A stretch of DNA of 64,000 bases from NCBI GenBank assembly GCA_050506795.1, contig JBJHCF010000001.1, positions 1 through 64,000 on the forward strand, in the 5' to 3' direction. Origin of the DNA: Opitutia bacterium (GTDB lineage Bacteria > Verrucomicrobiota > Verrucomicrobiia > Opitutales > T3Sed10-336). Every line of letters starts with the position of its first letter. Within the stretch, counting starts at the first letter, position 1. The notes below the pieces were generated by a model. That model was not told where the DNA came from. It saw nothing but the letters and a program-made list of their open reading frames with translations, and made no database searches. The translations under genes were made by a program, and so were the position numbers. This document shows positions 57,599-64,000 of the stretch, piece by piece.

Positions 57599-60500
57599 CT
57601 AAAGAATCTGTGGGCGGCTTTGCACGATGTGGCATTGGCCGTTGTGCCAGGCGCCTTCGATGTCCTGGGGTGAGGCGAAGGCTTTTTCGACCGCGATGCC
57701 GGCGCGGGTGATGGCGGTGAGCAACTCCTGTCGAAACTCGGGATCGCGCACCAGGCGGTCTTCGCTGTAGTCGATGGGCTTTTCCTCCGGTTCCGGGAAA
57801 AGCAGGCTGTCGTAGAGACCGGCGCCGGCATAACCTTCGAGGTCTTCGGCATTGGAGTCGGAGCGGAAAATGAGGCCGTTTCCGAAGAGTCCGACGCTTT
57901 TCGAGGGAAAGGCGAGGATGTGTGGTTTAGGGTCGCCTTTTTTGGCCGCTGTGAAACCGAGCGCGCGGCCGGGGTAGTTGCCGACGATGGTTTCGCCCAG
58001 GCCCGGGGCGGTTTCGCCGTAGAGCTCATTGGCGTCGTCCGAAAAGGGATTCGCGGTGTGCAGGACAAACGCGTACTCCGCCGGCACGGCGCGCTGGATC
58101 AGCACCGCCATGAAAATCTCGTCCTCGCGGATCCCGCGCGCGCGGCGACTGAAAAACGCGCGTTCGTTCCACTTCGAGGCCCACACCCCTTTGATGCACC
58201 GCCAGGCGGCGTCGGAGTCGTCCGGTTTGCCGATACCGGATTCCTCCATGACTTCGTGCAGTCGCGGCAGGAAACCCTTGGGTGCGGACAGTTCCATGAC
58301 GATCGAACGGAGGCGTGGCAGGGCCTTTTCCGGGGCGGATTCGAGTTCCTTTTGCGCCGCGACCAGGTCGCGGGCGCAGGCTTTATTGGCGACGTCCTCG
58401 AGGATGTGCTCGAAGGTTCCGAAGGGCAGGGCGGCGGAAGCGGGAACCTCGAGCCCTTTCGGCAGTTTTCCGGACAGCTTCTGTAAATTGAGCGCCTTTC
58501 CGCCCACCTTCTTTGCGCTGAAGGCTTCCAGGGTGAGCGGTTCATGGGAAACGGCGGGTTGGGCGATGCGGGCGCGTTTCTTTTTGGCGGCCTGCTTGCC
58601 GGAGGTTTGTTTCTCCGGCGGCTTGGATTCCTCCAGGCGCAGGTCGCCGGAAGGTTCCGGAATGACGTGCAGCCACTGTCCGTCACGGGATTCCAGCGAT
58701 TCCCAGAGGGTCTCGTCATGGCAGGTGGCGAAAAACAGCGGGACGTTGCGGGCGCGCACCGCGACGTGTGAAACCAGATCGACGTTGCTCCTGGTCAGGA
58801 TGCCGACGGCTCCGGGCGGAGGTTCTTCGTCACCGCGCACCTGGGCGGCCAGCAGTAGGGTCGGTTCGTCGAACCGGGTTCCCTGGACCTCGGCCAGGGT
58901 GGCGACGCATTTTATACGCCCTTCGGCCTCGCGGCGGCTGATCAACTGCCAGGGACCGGAGCCAGCCTTTTCCCGCAGCGCGGTGTCGAGGCGCTTCACC
59001 AGGAGGGTCAGCGCAAAGGCGGGACGACCGCGCACCACCGCTTCCGCGAAAAGGTCGATGGTCCAGGCCTCGGCCTCAAAGGCCTGGCCGAGTGTTTTCG
59101 CGAGCGGCTGCAAACGCTGGTACCACTGATCGACATCCTCGGAGAGCACCCGTTGCAGACGATCCACGGCTGCCGCCAGACGCAGGGTTTCCTCGCGATC
59201 CAGCGATGACGGCGGTGAGAAGGTTTTCCATTCCCGGGCGATCAGATCGAGTTCGGGAAGGTTGCGGCTCAGGAGCACGTTTTCCAGGGCCGCCCCGGTG
59301 AGGGCGAGAAGTTCGTCTTCGCTCCAATCTTGTTGGATTCGGCTCTCCACCGCCAGGCGCAGCGCTTCCTCCAGCGCGAGGTCAAGATACAGCCCATCCC
59401 GTCCCCGGTTGATGTCGGAGTCGTGACGGAAAATCTCCGCCAGCCTGGAGCGGACCCGGGCGATGCGCCGCAGGCCGTCGAGCGGGGAGCCGTCGCGCCA
59501 GCGATCCTCGCGGATCTCGTGCAGGAGATGACGGTGCTCGTCGTCGAAGAGGTACTGCGCGCGGTCGATGGCGCTGTCCAGGTCGGTGCCGGAATGGATC
59601 GACCGGAGGAGACCCAGGAAGTGCTCGAAGTCGTGGATGAGCGCGTCCTTGAGGTGTCCTGGAAAGTCGGGCGGGGTGGTGATGGGACGTTCGTAGTTCG
59701 CCAGGCGCTCGCGGGTGACTCCATCCTCCTCCAGGGTTTGATAGAACCGGTCCAGGTGACCGTCGCTGCGCAGGAACTCCAGGTAGGCGCGGCAAATGAC
59801 GATATCGTCCGGAGTGGTGTTGTTGTGCAGCTTCTGGTGCCACTCCTCCAGAAAATGCCCGGTGACCTCTTTGACGTGGTGCCGGTGCATGATGTGAAGG
59901 ATTTCGTCGCGGATTTTTTGTCCGTCTCCTCCGCGCCCGGCCGACCCGAGCATCAGGCGGAAAAACTCGCCGTGCTGCGGTTGCTTAAGGAACCCCTCGG
60001 TGAGCTTGTGTCCGAGACGGTCCTGGGCGTGGGCCAACTCGCGGGGTTTGGTGTTATAATTGCGTTGCCAGTCGAGTTGCCGCAGGGCGGAAAATCGCAT
60101 CCAGACCACGAGCACCGCCAGGCCGGCTTCGGAGTCGGAGGCTTCGTCCAAAAGATCGTGGCAGAGGTTGTAGCGGTGCATCAGGGTCCAGGAGCCCTTG
60201 CCGGTTTCGGCCGCCACGATCCGGTCGACGAACTCGGGCGGCGCCGCGGGGTCGCGGGGAACGATTCGGACGGCGTAGTTGCCGCCCCCGTTGTTGTCCC
60301 AGCGATCGCTCTCCGGATAATGCAGCACGAATTGCAGGCAGGGCAGGCGGCCGGCGACGTTTTTGGGGAACGAGAACTCGATGCGTCCCCCCTCCGGCGC
60401 TTCGGAAAAAGGCGTTTCCACCGCGGCATCGGCGAATGCTTTGCTCCCGTCGGGCCAGCAGGGTTTTTCGGGACGCTGCCAGGGGGCGCCCCGGCCGGTG

Positions 60501-60628
60501 CTCAATCCCCAGTGCAGCCGGCAGGAAGCGTCGCCCTCCAGGCGAATCGAAACCCTAAATCCTTGTTCATCAGCTTCACTGGATGTCAGGAGTTTTTCTC
60601 CCGACCCGATCCTGATCTCTTCGGTCAT
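57599..60628 (-). CDS. Alpha-glucan water dikinase (GWD/SEX1)-like protein
   Basis: CBM45-like N-terminus; [75 protein letters not shown]. Confidence 0.88.
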   Translation of the reverse strand: MTEEIRIGSGEKLLTSSEADEQGFRVSIRLEGDASCRLHWGLSTGRGAPWQRPEKPCWPDGSKAFADAAVETPFSEAPEGGRIEFSFPKNVAGRLPCLQFVLHYPESDRWDNNGGGNYAVRIVPRDPAAPPEFVDRIVAAETGKGSWTLMHRYNLCHDLLDEASDSEAGLAVLVVWMRFSALRQLDWQRNYNTKPRELAHAQDRLGHKLTEGFLKQPQHGEFFRLMLGSAGRGGDGQKIRDEILHIMHRHHVKEVTGHFLEEWHQKLHNNTTPDDIVICRAYLEFLRSDGHLDRFYQTLEEDGVTRERLANYERPITTPPDFPGHLKDALIHDFEHFLGLLRSIHSGTDLDSAIDRAQYLFDDEHRHLLHEIREDRWRDGSPLDGLRRIARVRSRLAEIFRHDSDINRGRDGLYLDLALEEALRLAVESRIQQDWSEDELLALTGAALENVLLSRNLPELDLIAREWKTFSPPSSLDREETLRLAAAVDRLQRVLSEDVDQWYQRLQPLAKTLGQAFEAEAWTIDLFAEAVVRGRPAFALTLLVKRLDTALREKAGSGPWQLISRREAEGRIKCVATLAEVQGTRFDEPTLLLAAQVRGDEEPPPGAVGILTRSNVDLVSHVAVRARNVPLFFATCHDETLWESLESRDGQWLHVIPEPSGDLRLEESKPPEKQTSGKQAAKKKRARIAQPAVSHEPLTLEAFSAKKVGGKALNLQKLSGKLPKGLEVPASAALPFGTFEHILEDVANKACARDLVAAQKELESAPEKALPRLRSIVMELSAPKGFLPRLHEVMEESGIGKPDDSDAAWRCIKGVWASKWNERAFFSRRARGIREDEIFMAVLIQRAVPAEYAFVLHTANPFSDDANELYGETAPGLGETIVGNYPGRALGFTAAKKGDPKPHILAFPSKSVGLFGNGLIFRSDSNAEDLEGYAGAGLYDSLLFPEPEEKPIDYSEDRLVRDPEFRQELLTAITRAGIAVEKAFASPQDIEGAWHNGQCHIVQSRPQIL

Positions 60629-60696
60629 TATGGTGCTTTACATGGTTTTCGGGGCCGGTTACAAGTTTTCCCTTTTCTCTCAGCCATCGAATTTTC

Positions 60697-62034
60697 ATGA
60701 AGCAACGCTCAATTCAGCGGGAAGTGACCGTAAAAGGAAAGGCCCTCCACACGGGCGACGACGTCACGCTAACCCTGAAACCGGCCCCGGCGGGACACGG
60801 GATTATTTTTCGTCGCGTCGATATTTACAACAAACCGGAGATCCGGCCGCACGTTTCCCTCGTTTCCGACCTGGTGCGCAGCACGACCCTGTCGTCCGGT
60901 CACACCAAGGTGCATACCGTGGAGCATGTTTTGAGCGCCCTGCACGGCTGCGGGATCGACAATGTGGTGATCGAGATGAACGCCAGCGAACCGCCCATCC
61001 TGGATGGATCGGCGCGGCCCTTTGTGGAGGCGATCAAGGAAGCGGTGCCGGTGGAACAGGACGCCGATCGCAAGTATTATGTGCTCGATGCCCCGGTTTC
61101 CGTGAGTCGCAACGCGTCCTCCATGGTGGCTCTGCCCTACGACGGTTTGAAGATTTCCTGCACCTCGACCGACGACCGCGGGGTGCACACCCAGCACCTT
61201 TCGCTGGAAATCGATCCGGAGACCTACATGGAGCAGGTGGCGGCGGCGCGCACGTTCACCATTTACGAGGAGATCGAGGAACTGCTGAGGATGGGTAAAA
61301 TCCGCGGAGGCAGCCTGGAGAACGCGGTGGTGTTGAAAGGGGACAAGATCCTTTCCAAGGAGCCCTTGCGGTTCAAGGACGAGTTCGTGCGTCACAAGAT
61401 CCTCGATATTATCGGTGATATCTTTCTGCTCGGAGTCCCCATCAAGGCGCACATCATCGCCATGCGCCCCGGACACGCGGTGAATTCCGAGCTCACCCAG
61501 GCCTTGTTCGAACGAATGGACGAAGCCGGCAAAGCAAAGAAGACGAAACCGGCTCCGGGCAAACCCAAAGTGGTGGATCCGACGACGACTTCCCTCACCA
61601 TCGGTGAGATTCTGGAGACCGTTCCGCACCGCTATCCGTTTGTGCTTATTGATCGGGTGGTGGAGTTTTCCGAAGATGATCGATTGACCGCGCTAAAGAA
61701 CGTGACAATCAACGAACCGTACTTTCAGGGGCACTTTCCCGGTGAACCGGTCATGCCGGGAGTACTGCAGATCGAAGCCATGGCTCAGGCCGCCGGCCTC
61801 ATGATGCTGCGCAAGATTAAGAATACCGCCAAGCTGGCCTACTTCATGAGTTGCGACAAAGTGAAGTTCCGGAAGGCCGTCGTGCCGGGGGATCAATTGG
61901 TGATCGATGTGAAACTGCTCAAGTCGCGTGGAAATAAAATCGGCGTGGCGGAAGCGACCTGCAAGGTGAATGACAAGGTGGTTTCCTCGGCGGAATTGAT
62001 GTTCCTTATCGCGGAACCGGGTGATGTCACCTGA
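60697..62034 (+). CDS. lpxC-fabZ: Bifunctional LpxC/FabZ
   Basis: [52 protein letters not shown]. Confidence 0.96.
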   Translation: MKQRSIQREVTVKGKALHTGDDVTLTLKPAPAGHGIIFRRVDIYNKPEIRPHVSLVSDLVRSTTLSSGHTKVHTVEHVLSALHGCGIDNVVIEMNASEPPILDGSARPFVEAIKEAVPVEQDADRKYYVLDAPVSVSRNASSMVALPYDGLKISCTSTDDRGVHTQHLSLEIDPETYMEQVAAARTFTIYEEIEELLRMGKIRGGSLENAVVLKGDKILSKEPLRFKDEFVRHKILDIIGDIFLLGVPIKAHIIAMRPGHAVNSELTQALFERMDEAGKAKKTKPAPGKPKVVDPTTTSLTIGEILETVPHRYPFVLIDRVVEFSEDDRLTALKNVTINEPYFQGHFPGEPVMPGVLQIEAMAQAAGLMMLRKIKNTAKLAYFMSCDKVKFRKAVVPGDQLVIDVKLLKSRGNKIGVAEATCKVNDKVVSSAELMFLIAEPGDVT

Positions 62035-62052
62035 GATGATGATGAATCCGTT

Positions 62053-62844
62053 ATGACCAGCGAGGCGATTCATCCCACGGCCATAATTGAATCCGGCGCC
62101 CGGTTGGAGAAGGGTGTCACCGTTGGCGCTTATGCTTATATCGGAGTGTCGGTTCAGATCGGGGCGGGAACGCGTGTGGGACACCATGCGGTGGTGGAGG
62201 GGCGGACTTCGATTGGCCGGGATTGCGAGATCTTTCCCTATGCCTGCCTAGGCCTTAAGACACAGGACCTGAAATATCGCGGGGGAAATCCGGGGTTGCG
62301 GATCGGCGACCGCAATGTCTTCCGCGAATTCTGCACCATTCACGCGGCCACGTTCGATGGGGACTTCACTGTGATCGGTGACGACAACCTTTTCCTGGCC
62401 TATTCGCATGTGGCGCACGACTGTCTGATAGGAAACAACGTGATCATGAGCAACAACGCCACTCTGGCCGGTCACGTGCAGGTGGACGATCACGTCATTT
62501 TCGGCGGCTTGTCCGGCGCTCACCAGTTCTGCCGTATCGGGACGCGGGCCATGATAGGAGGGTGTTCCAAGATTGTGCAGGATGTTCCGCCGTATCTCAT
62601 TGCCGATGGCAATCCCGCTTTGATCCGCTCCTACAACAAAGTGGGTCTGGAGCGGGCCGGATACAGCCCGGAACAGATTTCCCGCATCAAAGAGGCGTAC
62701 CGGATTTTTTACCGCCGGGGCCTGAACCGGTCGCAAGCTGTGGAGGCCCTGCGAGCACAAGGTTTGGAGCAACACCCGGAAACCGAACGGTTTGTGGCGT
62801 TCGTCGTCCACAGCGAACGCGGGTTTGTTCCCGGCGCGAAATAA
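62053..62844 (+). CDS. lpxA: UDP-N-acetylglucosamine O-acyltransferase
   Basis: IHPTAII hexapeptide repeats, QDLKY, HVAHDC, LAGHV, HQFCRIG. Confidence 0.96.
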   Translation: MTSEAIHPTAIIESGARLEKGVTVGAYAYIGVSVQIGAGTRVGHHAVVEGRTSIGRDCEIFPYACLGLKTQDLKYRGGNPGLRIGDRNVFREFCTIHAATFDGDFTVIGDDNLFLAYSHVAHDCLIGNNVIMSNNATLAGHVQVDDHVIFGGLSGAHQFCRIGTRAMIGGCSKIVQDVPPYLIADGNPALIRSYNKVGLERAGYSPEQISRIKEAYRIFYRRGLNRSQAVEALRAQGLEQHPETERFVAFVVHSERGFVPGAK

Positions 62845-62946
62845 CCCCAAAGATTGATTTTCCTCCGCGGGCGGGTAGGTTGGACGCTGTTTGTGTCCGC
62901 GCGACCACTTTCGGTGTCACTCGCGGGCGTACCTGAAACGTGAATT

Positions 62947-64000
62947 ATGGCAACGGAGAATATTATGGACGACGGACGAGATACGGGCGAGCAGGTAAAT
63001 AGGAGTTGGGCCGGTTACATCCGGCCGGTAGCGCTGATTCTGCTTCTGGCTTTGGTGGGTGGCACCGGATTTGTCTGGCTCTCCTCCTCCGGGGCCGATT
63101 CCTACCTTGACGACGTGGTCGAGGTGCAACGCGGCGATATGACCATCACGGTGACCGAAGCGGGCGTGTTGCGCAGCCGTGAACTCGTGACGGTGACCAA
63201 TCGGGTCGAAGGACGAAGCACGATTCTCTGGATTATAGATGAAGGCGCCTACGTCGAGGAGGGCGACCTTTTGGTCGAATTGGATGCCAGCGAGTGGGAG
63301 GATCGTCTGGTGGGTCAGGAGATTTCGGTCGATAACGCGGAGGCGAATTATATTCAGGCCGAGCAGGAACTGAAAGTGACGCGCAGCCGGGTCGAAAGTG
63401 AAATCGCGGAAGCGGAGTTGGCGGCGCGATTTGCCCGGATGGATCTCGAAGTCTACGTTGGGGATGAGGGCGAATACAACCAGACGGTGGAGCAGATGCG
63501 TTCCGATATCGACCTCGCACGCGAGGAACTGGTGCGTGCCGAGCAGGAATACGAAGATTCACGAATGTTGGCGGATCGTGGTTTCGTCACCGAACTGGAA
63601 ATGGAGGGTGACCGCATCGCCATGCAGCGGGCTCAGATTTCACTGGATCTTGCCGAAAGCGAATACCGTTTGTTTCAGGACTACACCCATGACCGCAATC
63701 TCCAGGAATTGGAGAGCGGGGTTCAGGAAACCGCCGAGAGTCTGGAACGAACCCGGTTGCGCGGTGAATCGGATATCATTCAGGCCGAGGCCAACTACCG
63801 GGCCCGACGGTTGCGGTTTGAACAGGAGCAGCGCCGGCTGGATCATATTAGCGATCAGATCGACAGAAGTCGCATGACGGCTCCGGTGGCCGGCATGGTG
63901 GTCTATGATTCAAGCGTCAATCCGGGCTGGCGCGGAAATCGTGAGCCTCTGGCTGAGGGCGATAGGGTCAGGCAACGGCGTGATCTCGTGCATATTCCGG
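62947..64000 (+). CDS. Efflux periplasmic adaptor (HlyD/MacA-like), truncated by the window end
   Basis: Absent from the ORF track; translated by hand: MATENIMDDG..TM..VQRGDMTITVTEAG...IIDEGAYVEEGDLLVELD, coiled coil, MTAPVAGMVVY. Confidence 0.85.
   Translation, partial: MATENIMDDGRDTGEQVNRSWAGYIRPVALILLLALVGGTGFVWLSSSGADSYLDDVVEVQRGDMTITVTEAGVLRSRELVTVTNRVEGRSTILWIIDEGAYVEEGDLLVELDASEWEDRLVGQEISVDNAEANYIQAEQELKVTRSRVESEIAEAELAARFARMDLEVYVGDEGEYNQTVEQMRSDIDLAREELVRAEQEYEDSRMLADRGFVTELEMEGDRIAMQRAQISLDLAESEYRLFQDYTHDRNLQELESGVQETAESLERTRLRGESDIIQAEANYRARRLRFEQEQRRLDHISDQIDRSRMTAPVAGMVVYDSSVNPGWRGNREPLAEGDRVRQRRDLVHIP

Noticed and set aside
57599..60628. Ordinary PEP synthase or PPDK
   Set aside because: Domain order is CBM, His domain, C-terminal ATP domain, with no pyruvate-binding barrel; GWD-specific motifs are present.
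60697..62034. LpxC-FabZ fusion as a novelty
   Set aside because: Known fusion in Bacteroidetes, Chlorobi and Verrucomicrobia.

Overview
Mostly core-genome window from a GC-rich diderm bacterium. Gene content and style (lpxC-fabZ fusion, long IspG, long PurF, PVC-type secreted proteins) suggest Verrucomicrobia/Opitutales; this is an inference. Housekeeping blocks: uppS-cdsA-dxr-rseP-ispG, SRP RNA-dnaX, xerC, recQ, purSQLF, lpxC/fabZ-lpxA. Accessory parts: a glycan locus (sugar ABC importer, GH127/146 arabinofuranosidase, 1500-aa Ig/LamG protein), an exported DsrE + rhodanese pair, and a VTC-DUF4956-HlyD operon. The strongest find is an intact 1009-aa homolog of plant alpha-glucan water dikinase (57599-60628, minus strand) with a CBM45-like module, the phosphohistidine motif and the ATP-binding domain; this enzyme class is generally regarded as eukaryotic. 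Also notable: dnaX appears to need a -1 shift at an A10G run to make its long form, a Thermotoga-type tRNase Z, a GTAG-REP array, a dispersed hairpin repeat, several probable leaderless genes, and a rhodanese whose N-terminus has no canonical start codon. All calls come from reading motifs by eye; no searches were run.
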